From: Eledone cirrhosa
Taxonomy: Eukaryota
Reading direction: 5' to 3'
NCBI GenBank assembly: GCA_964016885.1
Contig: CAXHJY010001221.1
Location: 1 to 33,149, forward strand
DNA length: 33,149 nt
Below, in pieces: positions 1 to 18,987 of this stretch. Numbering within the stretch: position 1 is the stretch's first letter; every line of letters begins with the position of its first letter. The translations under genes were made by a program, and so were the position numbers. The notes under the pieces were generated by a model. The model saw only the letters and a list, made by a program, of their open reading frames with translations. It was not told the DNA's origin and did not search any database.

Positions 1-8190
<8,190 letters not shown>

Positions 8191-8321
8191 ATGGAAAGTT
8201 ATATTTAAATTGTTGGGTTACAACTAGTAAATATTTATAACTGATATAAAAGCACTCAACAAGTATTTGGAGTATATTTACGATATTAAATAAATGGAAA
8301 CTATATTTATAAAACCATATC

Positions 8322-8387
8322 TATTTCATTATATATATTTCAGGGATATCATATTAACAATATGTTATGCCTTCCTCAGACAAAATA
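8322..8387 (-). ncRNA. Minimal type-I hammerhead ribozyme (mirror copy in left palindrome arm)
   Basis: Exact reverse complement of the 8549-8614 motif. Confidence 0.75.
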
Positions 8388-8548
8388 CAATATAGACAGT
8401 TTTATAGATAAATAGATTTGACATACCGTTCAACATCGACTTGTATTTGAAAAAGTTGATTTGGCAGTCTGCCAAATCAACTTTTTCAAATACAAGTCGA
8501 TGTTGAACGGTATGTCAAATCTATTTATCTATAAAACTGTCTATATTG

Positions 8549-8614
8549 TATTTTGTCTGAGGAAGGCATAACATATTGTTAATATGATATCCCTGAAATA
8601 TATATAATGAAATA
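8549..8614 (+). ncRNA. Minimal type-I hammerhead ribozyme
   Basis: Stem I TATTTTGT/ATGAAATA (two G-U), core CTGAGGA (8557), stem II AGG..CATATT-GTT-AATATG..CCT, GAAA (8595), palindromic TATATA stem III, AUA site (cleavage after 8606). Confidence 0.75.
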
Positions 8615-8685
8615 GATATGGTTTTATAAATATAGTTTCCATTTATTTAATATCGTATATATACATATATATATATACATACATA

Positions 8686-8717
<32 letters not shown>

Positions 8718-8730
8718 CATATATATATAT

Positions 8731-9272
8731 ATAAGTATTGAAGTCTACGTTGAAAATTGAAAAAGTCATAGGAATGAAGAGTGCTCTATGTAAGTACCAG
8801 AGCTAAATTTAATGTATAATAAACAATACAATATAATTTCCTCATTAACAGAGGTTTCTCGAATAAGTCGAATACGAAAAACGTCCTCATTCGTTCGTCA
8901 GACAAGGCAATTTAAAACATAGTGAAATATTTGAAAAATCTCCTCAAGAAAGGCAAGAGTTTAACGGGCAAAAAAAAACAAAGCAAGAGATATATAAAAC
9001 ATATAAGGAAATATAGTTAGGGTATATGTATAAATGTGTTTATATTCACTCACAAATGTACATATGTGTGTATGTACAAATGCATGTGTATAGTGAAAAT
9101 GTGTGTGCGTAAGTGCGTATATGAGGGAAAGCATAATAGTGTATATGTAACCAATACGTATATAATATAAGTTGTATTGTTTATTATACATTACATTTAG
9201 CTCTGGTACTTACATAGTGCACTCTTCACTCCTATGACTTTTTCAATTTTCAACGGAAACTTCAATACTTAT
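8731..9272. repeat. 101-bp inverted repeat (8731-8831 vs 9172-9272) enclosing the inverted pseudo-LTR
   Basis: ATAAGTATTGAAG...AAACAATACAA vs TTGTATTGTTT...CTTCAATACTTAT, few mismatches. Confidence 0.92.
8837..8910 (-). ncRNA. Hammerhead ribozyme in inverted pseudo-LTR of PLE1
   Basis: Minus strand: TTGCCTTGT-CTGACGA-(CGAATGAG..CTTATTCG stem II)-GAAAC-CTCTGTTA-ATGAGG; stem III/cleavage site slightly altered. Confidence 0.7.
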
Positions 9273-9387
9273 ACAGCTCCCAAGGGAATGATCGTAGCAT
9301 ATTCTACATTTTTATGAGATTGGCACCTTCCAGTCCTTTTAAAGTCGAGCACTCTTCAGTCAATAGGATTTTAAAGCAATACTGAAC

Positions 9388-11529
9388 ATGGATAAATATC
9401 CTTTGGATTACTCTATCAAGAATATCCCAACACCTTCTAACACTTCCTACACTAAAATGCTGATAGACAAAGTAGAGAAAATTGTTAAAAGAATGAGATG
9501 GAAAGCTTTGATTCTCGATGGACACTTTAACACGGACTCTACGGAACATTTTGATATCAAAACTCATAAATACCCGTAAAGAGTAAAAGATATGACCGCT
9601 TTTGAACTAGACTTAGTTAATTTAATCAACAATATCAATTTTCGTAAGTACTCTAACCCTTTTCAATCTAAACTATCTAATGATATTTCAATATTCAAAT
9701 CTTCTAAAAATAAGTTCATTTTCTCCGACAAAACTAAAAACTTATACGAAGTTAATAATAATTTACATGACCAACTCTTAATATCTTAATAGATAACATC
9801 ACCTCTAAATACCAAATGGCTAATATAAACATGTATAATAATATAAATATGGAAGCTAAAGATTTAGCTAGTTCTTTAAAAATAGATAATAGGACAGAAA
9901 ACCTTGCTAAACGTAATGCCTATATCACCCTTAAAGATCACACACCTGACGTTATTAATCGTCCTAGTTGTAGATTAATCAACCCTGCTAAGACTGATAT
10001 CGGTCTTGCTAGCAAACAAATTTTAAATAATATAAACACAGATTAGAAGTAAGTCTGAATTACTCCAATGGATAAATAGCTCTTCCGTAGTGCATTGGTT
10101 TAATAATATTAAAGATAAAAATAGTTCTAGATTCACCCAATTTGACATTGTAGATTTCTATCCGTCTATCACTCAGCCTCTTTTAGCGAAAGCCTTAAAT
10201 TTCGCTAGAAAGTTTACCAATATTTCTGATATTGAAGAGAATGTCATCTTGCATGCTAGAAACACTCTACTCTTTACTGATAATGAAACTTAGGTAAAAA
10301 TATCTAACCCAGAGAACTCATTCGATGTCTCAATGGGTTCTTTTGACAGTGCTGATGTTTGTGATTTAGTCGGCCTATTCCTCCTACACACACTTAAAGA
10401 AAAATTCCCTAACCATATTTTTGGGCTTTATCGCGACGATGATCTAATACTTTGTCATACCACCATAGGCCATAACTTAGATAGATTAAGGAAAGACTTA
10501 ATAAAAACCTTCGCTAGTTTTAATCTTAAAATTACTATTGACACTAACCTTTCCAATGTTAATTTTCTAGATATAAACCTAAATCTGCCTACTGCTTCTT
10601 ATAAACCGAACCATAAACCTAATGAAAATTTAAAATATATAAATAAAGGCTCTTGCCATCCTCCTATAGTTTTTAAAAACCTTATCCCTAATATTAGCCG
10701 TATGATCACCCTCTTTTCCTCAGAAGCTATTTTCAATAAGGCATCCTCCTACTATAATAAAGCCATTCAAAATAGCGGATTTAGCGAACCGATTAAGTAC
10801 ATACCCAACAATACTAACTCTTTTAAACATAATAATAGGAAAAGAAAAATAATCTGGTTCACACCCCCTACTCTCTAGCAGTTAAAACTAATGTAGGCAA
10901 AAAAATTCCTAGAGCTCTTAGATAAACATTTCCCTAGAACACATAGATACTATAAGATCTTCAATAGAAACTGTGTCAAAATTAGCTACTCCTGCGGTCC
11001 CCCTATTAAATCTTATATCATCAATAAGAAATCACCCAGAGAACATCAAAATTGCTCCTGTAGAGTCAAAAGTGAATGCCCATTACAAGGTAAATGCAAC
11101 ACCAAAGCCATTGTATATGCGGCTAAAGTGACAACCATCAGCAACAACCTACCAGCCACCAGCGAACGATATGTGGGTATGACACAAGACAAATTCAAAA
11201 CGCGTTATTACTCACATGTCGCATCTTTCCGACATCCAGAAAAAAGATTTACAACAGCTCTGGCTAGCAGAATATGGGATTTAAAAGACCAAGGTATCCA
11301 ATATAAATTGGATTGGCAAATTTTGAACCAATCTAAAGAATATGCAAGAGGAACAAGAAGATGCACACTCTGTATAAGTGAAAAATATTGGATTTTACAG
11401 AACCTTAAATCACCAAAAACCTGCCTAAATACAAAAACAGAAATTTGCATCAGTTGCCCACACATGAAATCACACTTGCTTTCCAGCTCATATAAACTTA
11501 ACTCACTTTCAGATACTTATCCTCCATAA
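9388..11529 (+). pseudogene. Disrupted PLE reverse transcriptase-GIY-YIG endonuclease ORF (Naiad-like)
   Basis: YSIKNIP..RMRWKA N-terminus, CRLINPAK, FDIVDFYPSI, MGSFDSADVCDLVG, GLYRDD, FLDI, linker CSC..CPLQGKC, IVY..YVGMT..FKTRYYSH, CTLC..E, CPH; broken by TAA 9577, an 8-bp duplication TCTTAATA at 9776-9791, TAG 10291 and other frameshifts. Confidence 0.93.
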
Positions 11530-12702
11530 ACTCTTGTTCTTCACTTTCCTTAAATTATCCTCTTTACAGACTTCTCTTTCTGATTTACTTTCATTTTTAA
11601 CTTTATTTTCATTTTTATTTTTATTTTCACTTCACATCCACAAGTGACCCCCTCCCTACTTTTTGATTCACTTACCTAATATCTTCAAATTCCACACTTT
11701 ACTTCCCCATTTTCTTTCACTAGCTGATACCACATGTCACTTGCGTTTTCAACTCCAGATATATCCTGTTGTTTCGCAGCCGCTTTTATATTTGTATTTC
11801 TTGTTTTAATATGGCTGGTCTATAATTTGTATCTATGCGTGTGAGTGTGTATGCGCCTCTGTGTGTGTGCGTGTGTGTGTCTATATGTGTGAGCACGTAT
11901 GTTTTATATCTATATTTTATACGAGTGTGTGTATGTGGGTGAACGTATGTGTACAAGTACGTGTATATATATATATGTATATGTATGTATGTGTGTGCAT
12001 GCATATGTGTATATATATAGTCGCGTACGTACGTGTGCTTAGATATACGTGTGCCGATATATGTATATATATGTGTGCTTCGTGTGTATGTATGTACGTA
12101 TGCATGCGCTTTTGCCTGTACGTATTCATATATATATATATTTGTATATGTATGTGTGCGTACGTGCGAACCTATGTTTGTTTTCTTTTTCTCTAGTGTT
12201 AATTTATAATTGATAACCCCTCCCTCTTACTTTCTCTTTGATTTAAACAACATTTTTTTCTTTCTCATATATTGTTTCATTTTCATATGTATCGAATATG
12301 ACACTCTTTTTGACTAATACACTCCCGTCCCTTTTTATCTTCCGCATATAAATGATCGCGCGTGTGTGTTTATACGCGTGCTTTCATACTTGTATGTGTA
12401 TATATTTAATATCTAAACCTGGATGTACATTATTTTTCAACTTATATTATATACGTATTGATAACACATACACTATTATGCTTGCCCTCATATACGCACT
12501 TACGCACACACACATTTTCACTATACACATGCATTTGTACATACACACATATGTACATTTGTGAGTGAATATAAACACATTTATACACATACCCTAACTA
12601 TATTTCCTTATTTTTTTAATATATCTCTTGCTTGTTTTTTTTTGCCCGTTAAACTCTTGCCTTTCTTGAGGAGATTTTTCAAATATTTCACTATGTTTTA
12701 AA

Positions 12703-12776
12703 TTGCCTTGTCCGATGAACGAATGAGGACGTTTTTCGTATTCGTCTTATTCGGGAAACCTCTAGTAATGAGGTAA
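12703..12776 (+). ncRNA. Hammerhead ribozyme in 3' pseudo-LTR of PLE1 (CCGATGA core variant)
   Basis: TTGCCTTGT-CCGATGA-stem II-GAAAC-CTCTA-GTA-ATGAGGTAA; 9-bp stem I with wobbles, GUA site. Confidence 0.7.
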
Positions 12777-12817
12777 TTATATTTATCTACATATATATAT
12801 ATATTTATATATATATA

Positions 12818-12871
<54 letters not shown>

Positions 12872-13058
12872 TATATATATTAGAAAGTGAGATTTTTTTT
12901 ACAAAATGAAAAATAACCGAGGTATTTCTCGTTGATAGATAAAAACAACCGCGTCTGTTCCTGATCATCCTATATACCGCCCTTATTAAGGTATCATCAA
13001 TATCTCTAGTGCATGACGGACAATTACACATTGGGCATTATTATTTAGTGGATATATA

Positions 13059-13359
13059 TACTGCCAATCCACCGCGGATTGGCAGTATCGGTAGAGGGTC
13101 GGACGCCATGTTTTCCAGCATAGTTACGTCCCTTTACGATCTGAGTTCAAATCCCGCCGAGGTTGACTTTGCCTTTCATCCTTGCGGGGTCGATAAAATA
13201 AAGTACCAGTAATGTACTGGGTAATTGCTGGCCTTGTGCCAAAGGTAGAAACAATTATTTAGTGGATATATATACTGCCAATCCACCGCCCTATACTGGT
13301 ACTTTATGTTACCAGTAATGTACTGGTTAATTGCTGGCCTTGTGCCAAATGTAGAAACA
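13059..13359 (+). mobile_element. Two rearranged/deleted copies of tRNA-derived SINE family A with short inverted 5' heads
   Basis: A box TGGCAGTATCGG, B box GAGTTCAAATCCC, body GCCTTTCATCCT..GGGGTCGATAAAATAAAGTACCAGT; ATACTGCCAATCCACCGC is the inverted SINE head. Confidence 0.85.
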
Positions 13360-13375
13360 ATTATTTAGTGGATAT

Positions 13376-13598
13376 AGGGCGGTGGATTGGCAGTATCGGT
13401 AAAGGGCCGTACGCCATGCTTTGCAGCATAGAGTTACGGCTCTTTATTGTCTGAGTTCAAATCCCGCCGAGGTTAACTTTGCCTTTCATCCTCACGGGGT
13501 CGATAAAATAAAGTACCAGTCACGCACTGGGGACGATTTAATCTACTTTCCCCTCCCCCAAAATTGTTGGCGTTGTGCCTATGTAAGAAACCATTATT
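13376..13598 (+). mobile_element. tRNA-derived SINE family A, full length
   Basis: A/B boxes; highly similar to 21438-21660 and 23830-24049; flanked by ATTATTTAGTGGATAT duplication (13360, 13593). Confidence 0.9.
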
Positions 13599-13602
13599 TA
13601 GT

Positions 13603-13659
<57 letters not shown>

Positions 13660-13681
13660 CCATATATATATATATGTGGGT

Positions 13682-13753
13682 GATGTGTTGGTGTAAATGG
13701 TATCACAGTGGTCCGGATAACCAAAGATGTGGGTTCGACTCCCATGTATGTCA
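13682..13753 (+). pseudogene. tRNA-like sequence (tRNA pseudogene or SINE head) at the start of a ~225-bp island between (TA)n tracts
   Basis: A box TGGTGTAAATGG, T-arm GTGGG-TTCGACT-CCCAT, TGGT/ACCA anticodon stem, wobble-rich acceptor GATGTGT/GTATGTC. Confidence 0.55.
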
Positions 13754-13898
13754 GTACTCATCTTTTTCCATTTCTCCGAGGGTTCTTAACCCCACTATCA
13801 GGCTAAATAATTTCTTTAATTTCTTTAGTCAAAATACGGCGATAGCTTACATTTCTAATAATTTCAAACCCACTCGCTGTTTCGAAAATATTCTTACT

Positions 13899-13944
<46 letters not shown>

Positions 13945-14729
13945 TGTGTGTTTGTGTGCATATTAGTACCTCAATTCCGTGGTTGCTACTATAATTGATA
14001 GGCTTTATAAACCCATTTCTCTGTCGTTCATGAACAATGCAGACATTTTGTCGCGAGACCATCAATAAAGGTCGACAATCCTTTAAGGTTGTTCATCATT
14101 TACTTAAACTACAAAGAAGTATGTAAATATCCCATGTTTGCATGTCTATACACTTAGTGCGTATATTTATATACACATTCACTGTATCGTTTAAGCTTGT
14201 ACTGTATACATACATAATATATACATGCATAATGGCTACATCTCGGTTTCGAGAATGTCACCCTGTGACCTTTATCTCTTACATGGGTGGTACGAACATG
14301 ATATTTTAGCCCTGCAACGAAAGAAAAAAGAAATGTCCATGCTCACATAACACACGTGAAAGTCGTTTAGACGAAATGATGCCTGTGCTTGAAGGTTTTT
14401 TAAGTGAAGAAAGGCTTTGCACTTGCCACTCTCTGAACAACGGTGATAGATATCCAAACCAAAGAACAGGTCAACATCATTGGCTGCCATCGAGTCACAG
14501 GTTTTACATCAGAGTTTTCCTTCTCCTAGAATGTTTTCCTAACAATAACTAGGCGTCACTCCCAACGGGCTAATCGTGAGCTCATGCACCAAACTGAGTA
14601 TTTCCATGTCCCAGTATATAAATCCATATGGATGACAGAATACATATTCTTTTTCTCAAAAAAAGTTTTTCCGTTCATACCTTTTCTCACTCTCTGTCTT
14701 TTTATTTCATCTTTTATTTCTGATTCTAC

Positions 14730-14763
14730 CTTTTGATGAAGGACTACTGTCCGAAACGTAAAG
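14730..14763 (+). ncRNA. Degenerate minimal hammerhead motif in a solo pseudo-LTR-like fragment (~14640-14851)
   Basis: CTT-TTGATGA-A-GGAC-TACT-GTCC-GAAA-CG-TA-AAG; first core C is T. Confidence 0.5.
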
Positions 14764-14848
14764 ACTATGTTCCTACTATATCAAGAGTTAAACTAATATA
14801 TTTCTTCATTGTACTGTATTGTTTGCTTTGATGTTTTGGTTTACTTTT

Positions 14849-14888
<40 letters not shown>

Positions 14889-14929
14889 AAGTGTTAAAGC
14901 GATCAAATTTTAGTTTAGAACATTTATTA

Positions 14930-14974
14930 GCTGACAATTGTTTCTTCCAGAGAGAAGTCTGGAATCATCGGAGC
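14930..14974 (-). ncRNA. Minimal hammerhead ribozyme (left arm)
   Basis: Minus strand: GCT-CCGATGA-TTCCAGA-CTTCTC-TCTGGAA-GAAA-CAATTG-TC-AGC; palindromic stem III, GUC site. Confidence 0.72.
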
Positions 14975-15653
14975 ATAAGGAATGTCGAAAACGTGTAACT
15001 AGAATCTTAGTCATTTAGAACATTTAGGGTACATAGTTGTTATTAGTGTCAAAGGCATCATGTGGAGATTCAGGAGTTAAAAAGATGTTCCGCTTGAAAT
15101 AACACAATTACAGGCAGCACTGGCTGGAAGTGTAATAGGTATAAGTAAAATCAAAAAGCACAAGCAAAAAAAAAAAAAAAAAAATCACAAGCAAAAAGAC
15201 ACAGGAAAAGAAGTTATAAGCAAGGACAATTGGTGTACAATGCAGGAGTCAATACAGTCAATAATGCATGTATGAGGAAAGAGTTATAATGCAGTTGAAG
15301 TAAACATATTTAGTGTGGGTGTTAAAGGATGTTATATTTGTTATAAACATTTAAGATAGTATGCAATTTGTTAAAGAGGCGTGTGGTGATAATGTAGGTA
15401 TTTTTTTATGTAAGATGTAATGATAGAGTTCGGTATGTAATTTTTTTTTTTTTTTTTTTTTTGCTTGTGCCTTTTGCTTTTACTTATACCTATTACACTT
15501 CCAACCAGTGCTGCCTGTAATTGTGTTATTTCAAGCGGAACATCTTTTTAACTCCTGAATCTCCACATGATGCCTTTGACACTAATGACAACTATGTTCC
15601 CTAAATGTTCTAAATGACTAGGATTCTAGTTACACGTTTTCGACATTCCTTAT

Positions 15654-15698
15654 GCTCCGATGATTCCAGACTTCTCTCTGGAAGAAACAATGGTCAGC
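15654..15698 (+). ncRNA. Minimal hammerhead ribozyme (right arm)
   Basis: GCT-CCGATGA-TTCCAGA-CTTCTC-TCTGGAA-GAAA-CAATGG-TC-AGC. Confidence 0.7.
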
Positions 15699-15843
15699 TA
15701 ATAAATGTTCTAAACTAACATTTGATCGTTTTAACACTTTGTATCTCGACTCTGTAAAACACTTGAAAATTTGCATTGAGCCTTTTGTCATACCGGTAAC
15801 CGGCTAGTACTTAGTACTACCCTACATATTTATAGTTATATCA

Positions 15844-15957
<114 letters not shown>

Positions 15958-16033
15958 CATATACTAAGAGATATACTAAGAGACAAAGCAGACCAGAGAT
16001 CCAGCAACTTGGAAGGAAACCTGTAGAAGGCTT

Positions 16034-18502
16034 AGTTAGCCTCAAGCAGCGCACAAGAGATGGTGAGGTCGTATGTCTACCCACGGATAAGTCTGGTAGG
16101 ATGTCAAAAGATAGCATGCCGAACTACGTCAAGGCTATGCAACCCCACATCACCAACACGAGCGAAATTACACAGCAAATACATGAGGGGAGAGAAAAGA
16201 TCCTCAACGCTCACATGATGTGGACCGATATCCTAAAGCCAAGCAGACGCACTGCCAACAACTTCCAGGCGTCTAACAATGGCATACCACCCTTGTATGG
16301 GCTCCGCAAAGAGCATAAGATAGTCGACGACCCGAGAACAGGACCACCAAGACCTGTATGCGGAGCCAATATCACTAGCAACTACAGGATCTCCTCCTTC
16401 CTCTCAATAGTTATACGCCCCATAATCAAGATGTCCTCAGATGTATGTGACAGTACAGAGGACCTCCTCAGCAGAATCAATGAATGCAACAAAAACAAAA
16501 ATCTATCTAACTGCATAATAGGCAGCATGGATGTGGTATCACTATACCCATCCATTAACATTGATTTTGCTGTGGAAAAACGTGTAGAGGTAATCAGTGA
16601 GAGTAAGGTGGAGTTCTGCGACGTCGACACAGACGAACTGGGCCTCTTACTTAGACTGACTACCTAGACAGCCATGACCTTAGCCGTTTCTGCCCCAGTA
16701 GACCCATAAGAGCTAGACCCCCCCCATAACCTCAATGGCAAAAAAGACTCCTATGGGAAGGTGGACTGGGTGGACCAAAGCCATACGGACCCCCAAAGAC
16801 AATGATCAGGTAACAAAAATGGTCGCACATGCAATAGGGGCTAGTATTAAAACTACCCTAAAGGGCCACATATTCAAATTCAACGAGAAGATCTACACCC
16901 AAAATGAGGGCGCAGCCATTGGCGTCAGCATAGCTGGTGACGTTGCCAACCTTATTATGGTATGGTGGGACAGGAGACTCAAAGATCTCCTTGATGAGAG
17001 CTACATAGACCTCATCATGTACTCTCGTTACGTAGACGACATTAATATATGGAGGCACATGGCTTAATGGTTAGAGCATTGGCCTTGCAATCAAAAGGTT
17101 GTGAGTTCAATTCTCACACCGGGTGATGTGTTGTTTCCTTGAGCAAGACACTTTATTTCACATTGCTCCAGTTTACTCAGCTGTAGAAATGAGATGATAG
17201 GGACTGGGGTCCCTATCATTCCACTGCAAAGTGGTCGTGGAGGTGCCACGGCAAAAAAAGCACCCAGCACTCACTGTAAATGAGGTTGGTGTTAGGAAGG
17301 GCATCTAGCTGTAGAAATCAAGCCAGAATCAGTTCCCGTCCCACCCTTGCAAGCAGGGAAAAAGCGGACGTAAAATGAAAAATGAAATAAGGACATCCCC
17401 ACAAGGGAGTACTAACAAGTATGATTTAGAATATAGCACAATGGAAAGCATCCAGCAGATAGCTAATTCCATACACCATAGTATAACTGTAACTATCGAC
17501 TACCCTTCCAAACACCCTAACAGTAGACTACCTGTATTAGACACGGAACTCTGGATTAACACTATAGACGAGAGGGCCCAAGTTCTCCACTCACACTACG
17601 CTAAACCCATGGTCTCCAAATACCTGATACTCAAGAACTCAGCAATGTCCAGTAGTGCTAAGTTTAATATTCTGATCGCAGACTTGGTACGAGTGATGAA
17701 GAACGTGTCCCGCATGTGCGACCCAACAGAAATGGAAAGACACATCCAACACTTCATCAACCGCATGCAGTTCTCTGGCTACAACCAAAGAGACAGAATC
17801 AGAGTATACGAAGGAGCCACGGAGAAGTATAAGACCCTCATAGAACTGGACATGAAAGGAATTTGCCCATTATACAGGAGTAAATCATGGAATAGTTTAG
17901 ATAGGGCTAGACATAAGATAGGGAAAGCCACCTCATGGTATGACAACCAGAGATACCTAAGCGTCATGTTCGTGGACGCTACCCCTGGAGGGAAATTAGC
18001 TAACCAGTGTAGAAAGGCCCCGAGAAAGACCCACTTAAAGATTAAGGTGGTAGAAAAGCCAGGAACTACCATAAAATCCCTGATCAGCAAAACATACCCT
18101 TTTAAGAAAATCCACTGTACTAATAGGAAATGTATTATATGTAAAGTAAACCCCCGGATAAACTGTAAAACTAGAAACGTAGTCTATAGCATAAGATGTA
18201 CAGAGGGTACTTGCAGAAACATGACAACAACATACATAGGCGAGACAGCTCGTAGCATAGGTGAAAGGATAGACCAACACTGGGGGGAACTAAAAGGACG
18301 AAAAAACGGTTCAGTACTATACGAACACGCCAGACAACAACATGACGGTAACATAGACAACAAAGAAATTAAAATAATATTTAAACATAGAAATGACCCA
18401 GCAGATAGGCAAATCAGAAAGGCAAGTGAAATAGAACTTAGAAGGCCAAAGCTAAACAGAAAAAAGAATGGAATAACAACCAAACAAACAATACTGACCT
18501 AA
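16034..18502 (+). pseudogene. Disrupted PLE RT-GIY-YIG ORF, interrupted by a SINE just after YVDD
   Basis: TDKSGRMS, LYGLRKEHK, RPVCGA, GSMDVVSLYPSI, QNEGAAIG, YSRYVDD, LPVLD, HYAKP, C-x4-CxxC..C linker, VVY..YIGETARSIGERIDQH; start approximate. Confidence 0.92.
17051..17386 (+). mobile_element. tRNA-derived SINE family B inserted in the PLE2 RT
   Basis: A box TGGCTTAATGG, B box GAGTTCAATTCTC, conserved-core-like TTCCTTGAGCAAGACACTT, AAATGA-repeat tail; RT reads DDINI|IRTSP across it, matching DDINIIVKTP in PLE3. Confidence 0.88.
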
Positions 18503-18751
18503 GAGAAATATAAATAAATAAATAAATATATACACAAGCACAATATCAACAAATACATATAAACACACACTAGTAAACTAAGATAGAATACAATAACCAA
18601 AACACAGTCACCCAAACGAGAACACACACCAAACACTATACACACACGGAAACGCATGCGCAGAGAAGACAAGAATAAATAAATAAATAAATAAATAAAC
18701 AGATTAAATAAAGATGGCGTAGATATACAATACAACAGGCGGAACATAATA

Positions 18752-18800
18752 GCACGACTGACGATGTTGCAGATGTGCAAGGAAAGAACTTTGATAGACT
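18752..18800 (+). ncRNA. Degenerate hammerhead motif in PLE2 3' pseudo-LTR
   Basis: CTGACGA-TG-TTGCA-GATG-TGCAA-G-GAAA-GAAC-TT; same GAAAGAAC as PLE3 HHR; stem I poorly paired. Confidence 0.55.
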
Positions 18801-18954
18801 ATATATATGTGTTTGTGTCTATATTGTATCTGTATTTTTGACCGTTGGTCAGTCAATGGTAAACATTGAGGACCGAATGAATTAACTGATATAGAAGATA
18901 CAGAAGCGACCCCCCCCCCCAAAAAAAAACCAACCAAACAGTGAGTGTGTTCTG

Positions 18955-18987
<33 letters not shown>

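Larger units (their letters stand above)
8279..8657. repeat. Perfect palindrome, 189-bp arms around a single T at 8468
   Basis: Centre GATTTGGCAG-T-CTGCCAAATC; arms are reverse-complementary out to TACGATATTAAA (8279) / TTTAATATCGTA (8657). Confidence 0.96.
8731..12783 (+). mobile_element. Penelope-like retroelement (Naiad-like), near full length, with inverted 5' pseudo-LTR; flanked by (TA)n
   Basis: RT + C-terminal GIY-YIG ORF remnants; 8830-9174 is the reverse complement of 12438-12783; HHR motif in both repeats. Confidence 0.92.
14884..15830. mobile_element. Non-coding fold-back element: ~300-bp inverted arms (14884-15184, 15440-15744), ~255-bp spacer, short unpaired tail, embedded in (TA)n
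   Basis: Arms reverse-complementary with a few substitutions, including inner poly(A)/poly(T); each arm has an HHR; likely inverted PLE pseudo-LTRs. Confidence 0.88.
15960..18955 (+). mobile_element. 5'-truncated Penelope-like retroelement (PLE2, different clade from PLE1), flanked by (TA)n
   Basis: RT and GIY-YIG remnants, AC-rich 3' UTR, HHR-like motif; right boundary approximate. Confidence 0.9.

Noticed and set aside
8731-9272. Independent MITE with 101-bp TIRs
   Set aside because: The interior is the inverted PLE1 3' end and the right arm is continuous with the PLE body
9388-11529. Selenocysteine (UGA) recoding, reported for some Naiad PLEs
   Set aside because: The interruptions seen are TAA, TAG and frameshifts; the linker cysteines checked are TGC/TGT
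13040-13608. CRISPR-like array of 16-bp repeats
   Set aside because: Spacers are unequal SINE copies; eukaryotic context; no cas genes
17779-18483. Antisense ORFs over PLE2 (likewise over the RTE and PLE3)
   Set aside because: Shadows of the sense-strand retroelement coding frames
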